From: Nemertoderma westbladi
Lineage: Eukaryota > Animalia > Xenacoelomorpha
Reading direction: 5' to 3'
NCBI GenBank assembly: GCA_032718475.1
Contig: JAUCBJ010007822.1
Span: 62,001 to 126,000 of the forward strand
Length of the DNA: 64,000 bases
Positions within the stretch are counted from its first letter, which is position 1. Every line of letters starts with the position of its first letter. A model generated the notes under the pieces. That model was not told where the DNA came from. It was given only the letters and a program-made list of their open reading frames with translations, and made no database searches. Positions 30,001-42,000 of this stretch are shown here, one piece after another. The position numbers were made by a program, and so were the translations under genes.

Positions 30001-33000
30001 GTGAAGCCTCATAGATTGGGGTAGGAACAGGTTGGGAGTGTCAGTTAGTTGTGAGTGAAGCCTCATAGATTGGGGTAGGAACAGGTTGGGAGTGTCAGTT
30101 AGTTGTGAGTGAAGCCTCATAGATTGCGGTAGGAACAGGTTGGGAGTGTCAGTTAGTTGTGAGTGAAGCCTCATAGATTGCGGTAGGAACAGGTTGGGAG
30201 TGTCAGTTAGTTGTGAGTGAAGCCTCGTAGATTGGGGTAGGAACGGAGCAGGTTGGGAGTGTCAGTTAGTTGTGAGTGAAGCCTCGTAGATTGGGGTAGG
30301 AACAGGTTGGGAGTGTCAGTTAGTTGTGAGTGAAGCCTCATAGATTGGGGTAGGAACAGGTTGGGAGTGTCAGTTAGTTGTGAGTGAAGCCTCATAGATT
30401 GGGGTAGGAACGGAACAGGTTGGGAGTGTCAGTTAGTTGTGAGTGAAGCCTCATAGATTGCGGTAGGAACGGAACAGGTTGGGAGTGTCAGTTAGTTGTG
30501 AGTGAAGCCTCATAGATTGCGGTAGGAACAGGTTGGGAGTGTCAGTTAGTTGTGAGTGAAGCCTCGTAGATTGGGGTAGGAACGGAGCAGGTTGGGAGTG
30601 TCAGTTAGTTGTGAGTGAAGCCTCGTAGATTGGGGTAGGAACAGGTTGGGAGTGTCAGTTAGTTGTGAGTGAAGCCTCATAGATTGGGGTAGGAACAGGT
30701 TGGGAGTGTCAGTTAGTTGTGAGTGAAGCCTCATAGATTGGGGTAGGAACGGAACAGGTTGGGAGTGTCAGTTAGTTGTGAGTGAAGTCTCATAGATTGG
30801 GGTAGGAACGGAGCAGGTTGGGAGTGTCAGTTAGTTGTGAGTGAAGTCTCATAGATTGGGGTAGGAACGGGTTGGGAGTGTCAGTTAGTTGTGAGTGAAG
30901 CCTCATAGATTGGGGTAGGAACAGGTTGGGAGTGTCAGTTAGTTGTGAGTGAAGTCTCATAGATTGGGGTAGGAACGGAGCAGGTTGGGAGTGTCAGTTA
31001 GTTGTGAGTGAAGCCTCATAGATTGGGGTAGGAACAGGTTGGGAGTGTCAGTTAGTTGTGAGTGAAGTCTCATAGATTGGGGTAGGAACGGAACAGGTTG
31101 GGAGTGTCAGTTAGTTGTGAGTGAAGTCTCATAGATTGGGGTAGGAACAGGTTGGGAGTGTCAGTTAGTTGTGAGTGAAGCCTCATAGATTGGGGTAGGA
31201 ACAGGTTGGGAGTGTCAGTTAGTTGTGAGTGAAGCCTCATAGATTGGGGTAGGAACAGGTTGGGAGTGTCAGTTAGTTGTGAGTGAAGCCTCATAGATTG
31301 GGGTAGGAACGGAACAGGTTGGGAGTGTCAGTTAGTTGTGAGTGAAGTCTCATAGATTGGGGTAGGAACGGAGCAGGTTGGGAGTGTCAGTTAGTTGTGA
31401 GTGAAGTCTCATAGATTGGGGTAGGAACGGGTTGGGAGTGTCAGTTAGTTGTGAGTGAAGTCTCATAGATTGGGGTAGGAACGGAGCAGGTTGGGAGTGT
31501 CAGTTAGTTGTGAGTGAAGCCTCATAGATTGGGGTAGGAACAGGTTGGGAGTGTCAGTTAGTTGTGAGTGAAGTCTCATAGATTGGGGTAGGAACGGAGC
31601 AGGTTGGGAGTGTCAGTTAGTTGTGAGTGAAGCCTCATAGATTGCGGTAGGAACAGGTTGGGAGTGTCAGTTAGTTGTGAGTGAAGCCTCATAGATTGGG
31701 GTTGGAACGGAGCAGGTTGGGAGTGTCAGTTAGTTGTGAGTGAAGCCTCATAGATTGGGGTAGGAACGGAGCAGGTTGGGAGTGTCAGTTAGTTGTGAGT
31801 GAAGCCTCATAGATTGGGGTAGGAACGGAACAGGTTGGGAGTGTCAGTTAGTTGTGAGTGAAGCCTCATATATTGGGGTAGGAACAGGTTGGGAGTGTCA
31901 GTTAGTTGTGAGTGAAGCCTCATAGATTGCGGTAGGAACGGAACAGGTTGGGAGTGTCAGTTAGTTGTGAGTGAAGCCTCATAGATTGGGGTAGGAACGG
32001 AGCAGGTTGGGAGTGTCAGTTAGTTGTGAGTGAAGCCTCATAGATTGGGGTAGGAACGGAGCAGGTTGGGAGTGTCAGTTAGTTGTGAGTGAAGCCTCAT
32101 AGATTGGGGTAGGAACAGGTTGGGAGTGTCAGTTAGTTGTGAGTGAAGCCTCATATATTGGGGTAGGAACGGAACAGGTTGGGAGTGTCAGTTAGTTGTG
32201 AGTGAAGCCTCATAGATTGGTGTAGGAACGGAACAGGTTGGGAGTGTCAGTTAGTTGTGAGTGAAGCCTCATAGATTGGGGTAGGAACGGAACGGGTTGG
32301 GAGTGTCAGTTAGTTGTGAGTGAAGCCTCATAGATTGGGGTAGGAACAGGTTGGGAGTGTCAGTTAGTTGTGAGTGAAGCCTCATAGATTGGGGTAGGAA
32401 CAGGTTGGGAGTGTCAGTTAGTTGTGAGTGAAGCCTCATATATTGGGGTAGGAACGGAACAGGTTGGGAGTGTCAGTTAGTTGTGAGTGAAGCCTCATAG
32501 ATTGGGGTAGGAACGGAGCAGGTTGGGAGTGTCAGTTAGTTGTGAGTGAAGCCTCATAGATTGGGGTAGGAACAGGTTGGGAGTGTCAGTTAGTTGTGAG
32601 TGAAGCCTCATATATTGGGGTAGGAACGGAACAGGTTGGGAGTGTCAGTTAGTTGTGAGTGAAGCCTCATAGATTGGTGTAGGAACGGAACAGGTTGGGA
32701 GTGTCAGTTAGTTGTGAGTGAAGCCTCATAGATTGGGGTAGGAACGGAACGGGTTGGGAGTGTCAGTTAGTTGTGAGTGAAGCCTCATAGATTGGGGTAG
32801 GAACAGGTTGGGAGTGTCAGTTAGTTGTGAGTGAAGCCTCATATATTGGGGTAGGAACGGAACAGGTTGGGAGTGTCAGTTAGTTGTGAGTGAAGCCTCA
32901 TAGATTGGGGTAGGAACAGGTTGGGAGTGTCAGTTAGTTGTGAGTGAAGCCTCATAGATTGGGGTAGGAACGGAACAGGTTGGGAGTGTCAGTTAGTTGT

Positions 33001-36000
33001 GAGTGAAGCCTCATAGATTGGGGTAGGAACGGAGCAGGTTGGGAGTGTCAGTTAGTTGTGAGTGAAGCCTCATAGATTGGGGTAGGAACAGGTTGGGAGT
33101 GTCAGTTAGTTGTGAGTGAAGCCTCATATATTGGGGTAGGAACGGAACAGGTTGGGAGTGTCAGTTAGTTGTGAGTGAAGCCTCATAGATTGGTGTAGGA
33201 ACGGAACAGGTTGGGAGTGTCAGTTAGTTGTGAGTGAAGCCTCATAGATTGGGGTAGGAACGGAACGGGTTGGGAGTGTCAGTTAGTTGTGAGTGAAGCC
33301 TCATAGATTGGGGTAGGAACAGGTTGGGAGTGTCAGTTAGTTGTGAGTGAAGCCTCATATATTGGGGTAGGAACGGAACAGGTTGGGAGTGTCAGTTAGT
33401 TGTGAGTGAAGCCTCATAGATTGGGGTAGGAACGGAACGGGTTGGGAGTGTCAGTTAGTTGTGAGTGAAGCCTCATAGATTGGGGTAGGAACAGGTTGGG
33501 AGTGTCAGTTAGTTGTGAGTGAAGCCTCATAGATTGCGGTAGGAACAGGTTGGGAGTGTCAGCTAGTTGTGAGTGAAGCCTCATAGATTGGGGTAGGAAC
33601 AGGTTGGGAGTGTCAGTTAGTTGTGAGTGAAGCCTCATAGATTGGGGTAGGAACAGGTTGGGAGTGTCAGTTAGTTGTGAGTGAAGCCTCATAGATTGGG
33701 GTAGGAACGGAACAGGTTGGGAGTGTCAGTTAGTTGTGAGTGAAGCCTCATAGATTGGGGTAGGAACGGAACAGGTTGGGAGTGTCAGTTAGTTGTGAGT
33801 GAAGCCTCATAGATTGGGGTAGGAACGGAACAGGTTGGGAGTGTCAGTTAGTTGTGAGTGAAGCCTCATAGATTGGGGTAGGAACGGAACAGGTTGGGAG
33901 TGTCAGTTAGTTGTGAGTGAAGTCTCATAGATTGGGGTAGGAACAGGTTGGGAGTGTCAGTTAGTTGTGAGTGAAGCCTCATAGATTGGGGTAGGAACAG
34001 GTTGGGAGTGTCAGTTAGTTGTGAGTGAAGCCTCATAGATTGGGGTTGGGGTAGGAACAGGTTGGGAGTGTCAGTTAGTTGTGAGTGAAGCCTCATAGAT
34101 TGGGGTTGGGGTAGGAACAGGTTGGGAGTGTCAGTTAGTTGTGAGTGAAGCCTCATAGATTGGGGTTGGGGTAGGAACAGGTTGGGAGTGTCAGTTAGTT
34201 GTGAGTGAAGCCTCATAGATTGGGGTAGGAACAGGTTGGGAGTGTCAGTTAGTTGTGAGTGAAGCCTCATATATTGGGGTAGGAACAGGTTGGGAGTGTC
34301 AGTTAGTTGTGAGTGAAGCCTCATAGATTGGGGTAGGAACAGGTTGGGAGTGTCAGTTAGTTGTGAGTGAAGCCTCATAGATTGGGGTAGGAACGGAACA
34401 GGTTGGGAGTGTCAGTTAGTTGTGAGTGAAGCCTCATAGATTGGGGTAGGAACGGAACAGGTTGGGAGTGTCAGTTAGTTGTGAGTGAATCCTCATAGAT
34501 TGGGGTAGGAACAGGTTGGGAGTGTCAGTTAGTTGTGAGTGAAGTCTCATAGATTGCGGTAGGAACGGAACAGGTTGGGAGTGTCAGTTAGTTGTGAGTG
34601 AAGCCTCATAGATTGGGGTAGGAACAGGTTGGGAGTGTCAGTTAGTTGTGAGTGAAGCCTCATAGATTGCGGTAGGAACAGGTTGGGAGTGTCAGTTAGT
34701 TGTGAGTGAAGCCTCATAGATTGGGGTAGGAACGGAACAGGTTGGGAGTGTCAGTTAGTTGTGAGTGAAGCCTCATAGATTGGGGTAGGAACAGGTTGGG
34801 AGTGTCAGTTAGTTGTGAGTGAAGCCTCATAGATTGGGGTAGGAACGGAACAGGTTGGGAGTGTCAGTTAGTTGTGAGTGAAGCCTCATAGATTGGGGTA
34901 GGAACAGGTTGGGAGTGTCAGTTAGTTGTGAGTGAAGCCTCATAGATTGCGGTAGGAACGGAACAGGTTGGGAGTGTCAGTTAGTTGTGAGTGAAGCCTC
35001 ATAGATTGGGGTAGGAACGGAACAGGTTGGGAGTGTCAGTTAGTTGTGAGTGAAGCCTCATAGATTGGGGTAGGAACAGGTTGGGAGTGTCAGTTAGTTG
35101 TGAGTGAAGTCTCATAGATTGGGGTAGGAACAGGTTGGGAGTGTCAGTTAGTTGTGAGTGAAGCCTCATAGATTGGGGTAGGAACGGAGCAGGTTGGGAG
35201 TGTCAGTTAGTTGTGAGTGAAGCCTCATAGATTGGGGTAGGAACGGAACAGGTTGGGAGTGTCAGTTAGTTGTGAGTGAAGTCTCATAGATTGGGGTAGG
35301 AACGGAACAGGTTGGGAGTGTCAGTTAGTTGTGAGTGAAGTCTCATAGATTGGGGTAGGAACGGAACAGGTTGGGAGTGTCAGTTAGTTGTGAGTGAAGC
35401 CTGATAGATTGCGGTAGGAACAGGTTGGGAGTGTCAGTTAGTTGTGAGTGAAGCCTCATAGATTGGGGTAGGAACGGAACAGGTTGGGAGTGTCAGTTAG
35501 TTGTGAGTGAAGCCTCATAGATTGGGGTAGGAACGGAACAGGTTGGGAGTGTCAGTTAGTTGTGAGTGAAGTCTCATAGATTGGGGTAGGAACGGAACAG
35601 GTTGGGAGTGTCAGTTAGTTGTGAGTGAAGTCTCATAGATTGGGGTAGGAACGGAACAGGTTGGGAGTGTCAGTTAGTTGTGAGTGAAGCCTGATAGATT
35701 GCGGTAGGAACAGGTTGGGAGTGTCAGTTAGTTGTGAGTGAAGCCTCATAGATTGGGGTAGGAACGGAACAGGTTGGGAGTGTCAGTTAGTTGTGAGTGA
35801 AGTCTCATAGATTGGGGTAGGAACGGAACAGGTTGGGAGTGTCAGTTAGTTGTGAGTGAAGCCTCATAGATTGCGGTAGGAACAGGTTGGGAGTGTCAGT
35901 TAGTTGTGAGTGAAGCCTCATAGATTGGGGTAGGAACGGAACAGGTTGGGAGTGTCAGTTAGTTGTGAGTGAAGCCTCATAGATTGGGGTAGGAACGGAA

Positions 36001-39000
36001 CAGGTTGGGAGTGTCAGTTAGTTGTGAGTGAAGTCTCATAGATTGGGGTAGGAACGGAACAGGTTGGGAGTGTCAGTTAGTTGTGAGTGAAGCCTCATAG
36101 ATTGGGGTAGGAACGGAACAGGTTGGGAGTGTCAGTTAGTTGTGAGTGAAGCCTCATAGATTGGGGTAGGAACGGAACAGGTTGGGAGTGTCAGTTAGTT
36201 GTGAGTGAAGTCTCATAGATTGGGGTAGGAACGGAACAGGTTGGGAGTGTCAGTTAGTTGTGAGTGAAGCCTCATAGATTGGGGTAGGAACAGGTTGGGA
36301 GTGTCAGTTAGTTGTGAGTGAAGCCTCATAGATTGTGGTAGGAACAGGTTGGGAGTGTCAGTTAGTTGTGAGTGAAGCCTCATAGATTGGGGTAGGAACG
36401 GAACAGGTTGGGAGTGTCAGTTAGTTGTGAGTGAAGCCTCATAGATTGGGGTAGGAACAGGTTGGGAGTGTCAGTTAGTTGTGAGTGAAGCCTCATAGAT
36501 TGCGGTAGGAACAGGTTGGGAGTGTCAGTTAGTTGTGAGTGAAGTCTCATAGATTGGGGTAGGAACAGGTTGGGAGTGTCAGTTAGTTGTGAGTGAAGCC
36601 TCATAGATTGGGGTAGGAACAGGTTGGGAGTGTCAGTTAGTTGTGAGTGAAGCCTCATAGATTGGGGTAGGAACAGGTTGGGAGTGTCAGTTAGTTGTGA
36701 GTGAAGCCTCATAGATTGGGGTAGGAACAGGTTGGGAGTGTCAGTTAGTTGTGAGTGAAGCCTCATAGATTGGGGTAGGAACGGAACAGGTTGGGAGTGT
36801 CAGTTAGTTGTGAGTGAAGCCTCATAGATTGGGGTAGGAACAGGTTGGGAGTGTCAGTTAGTTGTGAGTGAAGCCTCATAGATTGCGGTAGGAACGGAAC
36901 AGGTTGGGAGTGTCAGTTAGTTGTGAGTGAAGTCTCATAGATTGGGGTAGGAACGGAACAGGTTGGGAGTGTCAGTTAGTTGTGAGTGAAGTCTCATAGA
37001 TTGGGGTAGGAACGGAACAGGTTGGGAGTGTCAGTTAGTTGTGAGTGAAGCCTCATAGATTGGGGTAGGAACAGGTTGGGAGTGTCAGTTAGTTGTGAGT
37101 GAAGCCTCATAGATTGGGGTAGGAACAGGTTGGGAGTGTCAGTTAGTTGTGAGTGAAGCCTCATAGATTGGGGTAGGAACGGAACAGGTTGGGAGTGTCA
37201 GTTAGTTGTGAGTGAAGTCTCATAGATTGGGGTAGGAACAGGTTGGGAGTGTCAGTTAGTTGTGAGTGAAGCCTCATAGATTGGGGTAGGAACAGGTTGG
37301 GAGTGTCAGTTAGTTGTGAGTGAAGCCTCATAGATTGGGGTAGGAACAGGTTGGGAGTGTCAGTTAGTTGTGAGTGAAGCCTCATAGATTGGGGTAGGAA
37401 CAGGTTGGGAGTGTCAGTTAGTTGTGAGTGAAGTCTCATAGATTGGGGTAGGAACGGAACAGGTTGGGAGTGTCAGTTAGTTGTGAGTGAAGCCTCATAG
37501 ATTGGGGTAGGAACAGGTTGGGAGTGTCAGTTAGTTGTGAGTGAAGCCTCATAGATTGGGGTAGGAACGGGTTGGGAGTGTCAGTTAGTTGTGAGTGAAT
37601 CCTCATAGATTGGGGTAGGAACGGAACAGATTGGGAGTGTCAGTTAGTTGTGAGTGAAGTCTCATTGTTTGGGGTAGGAACGGAACAGGTTGGGAGTGTC
37701 AGTTAGTTGTGAGTGAAGCCTCATAGATTGGGGTAGGAACGGAACAGGTTGGGAGTGTCAGTTAGTTGTGAGTGAAGCCTCATAGATTGGGGTAGGAACA
37801 GGTTGGGAGTGTCAGTTAGTTGTGAGTGAAGCCTCATAGATTGGGGTAGGACCAGGTTGGGAGTGTCAGTTAGTTGTGAGTGAAGCCTCATAGATTGGGG
37901 TAGGAACAGGTTGGGAGTGTCAGTTAGTTGTGAGTGAAGCCTCATAGATTGGGGTAGGAACGGAACAGGTTGGGAGTGTCAGTTAGTTGTGAGTGAAGCC
38001 TCATAGATTGCGGTAGGAACAGGTTGGGAGTGTCAGTTAGTTGTGAGTGAAGCCTCATAGATTGCGGTAGGAACGGAACAGGTTGGGAGTGTCAGTTAGT
38101 TGTGAGTGAAGCCTCATAGATTGGGGTAGGAACGGAACAGGTTGGGAGTGTCAGTTAGTTGTGAGTGAAGCCTCATAGATTGCGGTAGGAACAGGTTGGG
38201 AGTGTCAGTTAGTTGTGAGTGAAGCCTCATAGATTGCGGTAGGAACGGAACAGGTTGGGAGTGTCAGTTAGTTGTGAGTGAAGCCTCATAGATTGGGGTA
38301 GGAACAGGTTGGGAGTGTCAGTTAGTTGTGAGTGAAGCCTCATAGATTGGGGTAGGAACAGGTTGGGAGTGTCAGTTAGTTGTGAGTGAAGCCTCATAGA
38401 TTGGGGTAGGAACGGAACAGGTTGGGAGTGTCAGTTAGTTGTGAGTGAAGCCTCATAGATTGCGGTAGGAACAGGTTGGGAGTGTCAGTTAGTTGTGAGT
38501 GAAGCCTCATAGATTGGGGTAGGAACAGGTTGGGAGTGTCAGTTAGTTGTGAGTGAAGCCTCATAGATTGGGGTAGGAACAGGTTGGGAGTGTCAGTTAG
38601 TTGTGAGTGAAGCCTCATAGATTGGGGTAGGAACAGGTTGGGAGTGTCAGTTAGTTGTGAGTGAAGCCTCATAGATTGGGGTAGGAACGGAACAGGTTGG
38701 GAGTGTCAGTTAGTTGTGAGTGAAGCCTCATAGATTGCGGTAGGAACAGGTTGGGAGTGTCAGTTAGTTGTGAGTGAAGCCTCATAGATTGGGGTAGGAA
38801 CAGGTTGGGAGTGTCAGTTAGTTGTGAGTGAAGCCTCATAGATTGCGGTAGGAACGGAACAGGTTGGGAGTGTCAGTTAGTTGTGAGTGAAGCCTCATAG
38901 ATTGCGGTAGGAACGGAACAGGTTGGGAGTGTCAGTTAGTTGTGAGTGAAGCCTCATAGATTGGGGTAGGAACGGAACAGGTTGGGAGTGTCAGTTAGTT

Positions 39001-42000
39001 GTGAGTGAAGCCTCATAGATTGCGGTAGGAACGGAACAGGTTGGGAGTGTCAGTTAGTTGTGAGTGAAGCCTCATAGATTGGGGTAGGAACGGAACAGGT
39101 TGGGAGTGTCAGTTAGTTGTGAGTGAAGCCTCATAGATTGGGGTAGGAACAGGTTGGGAGTGTCAGTTAGTTGTGAGTGAAGCCTCATAGATTGCGGTAG
39201 GAACGGAACAGGTTGGGAGTGTCAGTTAGTTGTGAGTGAAGCCTCATAGATTGGGGTAGGAACGGAACAGGTTGGGAGTGTCAGTTAGTTGTGAGTGAAG
39301 CCTCATAGATTGGGGTAGGAACGGAACAGGTTGGGAGTGTCAGTTAGTTGTGAGTGAAGCCTCATAGATTGGGGTAGGAACAGGTTGGGAGTGTCAGTTA
39401 GTTGTGAGTGAAGCCTCATAGATTGCGGTAGGAACGGAACAGGTTGGGAGTGTCAGTTAGTTGTGAGTGAAGCCTCATAGATTGGGGTAGGAACAGGTTG
39501 GGAGTGTCAGTTAGTTGTGAGTGAAGCCTCATAGATTGCGGTAGGAACGGAACAGGTTGGGAGTGTCAGTTAGTTGTGAGTGAAGCCTCATAGATTGGGG
39601 TAGGAACAGGTTGGGAGTGTCAGTTAGTTGTGAGTGAAGCCTCATAGATTGGGGTAGGAACGGAACAGGTTGGGAGTGTCAGTTAGTTGTGAGTGAAGCC
39701 TCATAGATTGGGGTAGGAACAGGTTGGGAGTGTCAGTTAGTTGTGAGTGAAGCCTCATAGATTGGGGTAGGAACAGGTTGGGAGTGTCAGTTAGTTGTGA
39801 GTGAAGCCTCATAGATTGCGGTAGGAACGGAACAGGTTGGGAGTGTCAGTTAGTTGTGAGTGAAGCCTCATAGATTGGGGTAGGAACAGGTTGGGAGTGT
39901 CAGTTAGTTGTGAGTGAAGCCTCATAGATTGGGGTAGGAACGGAACAGGTTGGGAGTGTCAGTTAGTTGTGAGTGAAGCCTCATAGATTGCGGTAGGAAC
40001 GAGGTTGGGAGTGTCAGTTAGTTGTGAGTGAAGCCTCATAGATTGCGGTAGGAACGGAACAGGTTGGGAGTGTCAGTTAGTTGTGAGTGAAGCCTCATAG
40101 ATTGCGGTAGGAACGGAACAGGTTGGGAGTGTCAGTTAGTTGTGAGTGAAGCCTCATAGATTGCGGTAGGAACAGGTTGGGAGTGTCAGTTAGTTGTGAG
40201 TGAAGCCTCATAGATTGCGGTAGGAACGGAACAGGTTGGGAGTGTCAGTTAGTTGTGAGTGAAGCCTCATAGATTGGGGTAGGAACAGGTTGGGAGTGTC
40301 AGTTAGTTGTGAGTGAAGCCTCATAGATTGCGGTAGGAACGGAACAGGTTGGGAGTGTCAGTTAGTTGTGAGTGAAGCCTCATAGATTGGGGTAGGAACA
40401 GGTTGGGAGTGTCAGTTAGTTGTGAGTGAAGCCTCATAGATTGGGGTAGGAACGGAACAGGTTGGGAGTGTCAGTTAGTTGTGAGTGAAGCCTCATAGAT
40501 TGCGGTAGGAACAGGTTGGGAGTGTCAGTTAGTTGTGAGTGAAGCCTCATAGATTGCGGTAGGAACGGAACAGGTTGGGAGTGTCAGTTAGTTGTGAGTG
40601 AAGCCTCATAGATTGGGGTAGGAACGGAACAGGTTGGGAGTGTCAGTTAGTTGTGAGTGAAGCCTCATAGATTGCGGTAGGAACGGAACAGGTTGGGAGT
40701 GTCAGTTAGTTGTGAGTGAAGCCTCATAGATTGGGGTAGGAACGGAACAGGTTGGGAGTGTCAGTTAGTTGTGAGTGAAGCCTCATAGATTGGGGTAGGA
40801 ACAGGTTGGGAGTGTCAGTTAGTTGTGAGTGAAGCCTCATAGATTGCGGTAGGAACGGAACAGGTTGGGAGTGTCAGTTAGTTGTGAGTGAAGCCTCATA
40901 GATTGGGGTAGGAACAGGTTGGGAGTGTCAGTTAGTTGTGAGTGAAGCCTCATAGATTGCGGTAGGAACGGAACAGGTTGGGAGTGTCAGTTAGTTGTGA
41001 GTGAAGCCTCATAGATTGGGGTAGGACACAGGTTGGGAGTGTCAGTTAGTTGTGAGTGAAGCCTCATAGATTGCGGTAGGAACGGAACAGGTTGGGAGTG
41101 TCAGTTAGTTGTGAGTGAAGCCTCATAGATTGCGGTAGGAACGGAACAGGTTGGGAGTGTCAGTTAGTTGTGAGTGAAGCCTCATAGATTGGGGTAGGAA
41201 CAGGTTGGGAGTGTCAGTTAGTTGTGAGTGAAGCCTCATAGATTGGGGTAGGAACGGAACAGGTTGGGAGTGTCAGTTAGTTGTGAGTGAAGCCTCATAG
41301 ATTGCGGTAGGAACGGAACAGGTTGGGAGTGTCAGTTAGTTGTGAGTGAAGCCTCATAGATTGCGGTAGGAACGGAACAGGTTGGGAGTGTCAGTTAGTT
41401 GTGAGTGAAGCCTCATAGATTGCGGTAGGAACGGAACAGGTTGGGAGTGTCAGTTAGTTGTGAGTGAAGCCTCATAGATTGCGGTAGGAACGGAACAGGT
41501 TGGGAGTGTCAGTTAGTTGTGAGTGAAGCCTCATAGATTGCGGTAGGAACGGAACAGGTTGGGAGTGTCAGTTAGTTGTGAGTGAAGCCTCATAGATTGG
41601 GGTAGGAACGGAACAGGTTGGGAGTGTCAGTTAGTTGTGAGTGAAGCCTCATAGATTGCGGTAGGAACAGGTTGGGAGTGTCAGTTAGTTGTGAGTGAAG
41701 CCTCATAGATTGCGGTAGGAACGGAACAGGTTGGGAGTGTCAGTTAGTTGTGAGTGAAGCCTCATAGATTGCGGTAGGAACAGGTTGGGAGTGTCAGTTA
41801 GTTGTGAGTGAAGCCTCATAGATTGGGGTAGGAACGGAACAGGTTGGGAGTGTCAGTTAGTTGTGAGTGAAGCCTCATAGATTGCGGTAGGAACGGAACA
41901 GGTTGGGAGTGTCAGTTAGTTGTGAGTGAAGCCTCATAGATTGCGGTAGGAACAGGTTGGGAGTGTCAGTTAGTTGTGAGTGAAGCCTCATAGATTGCGG

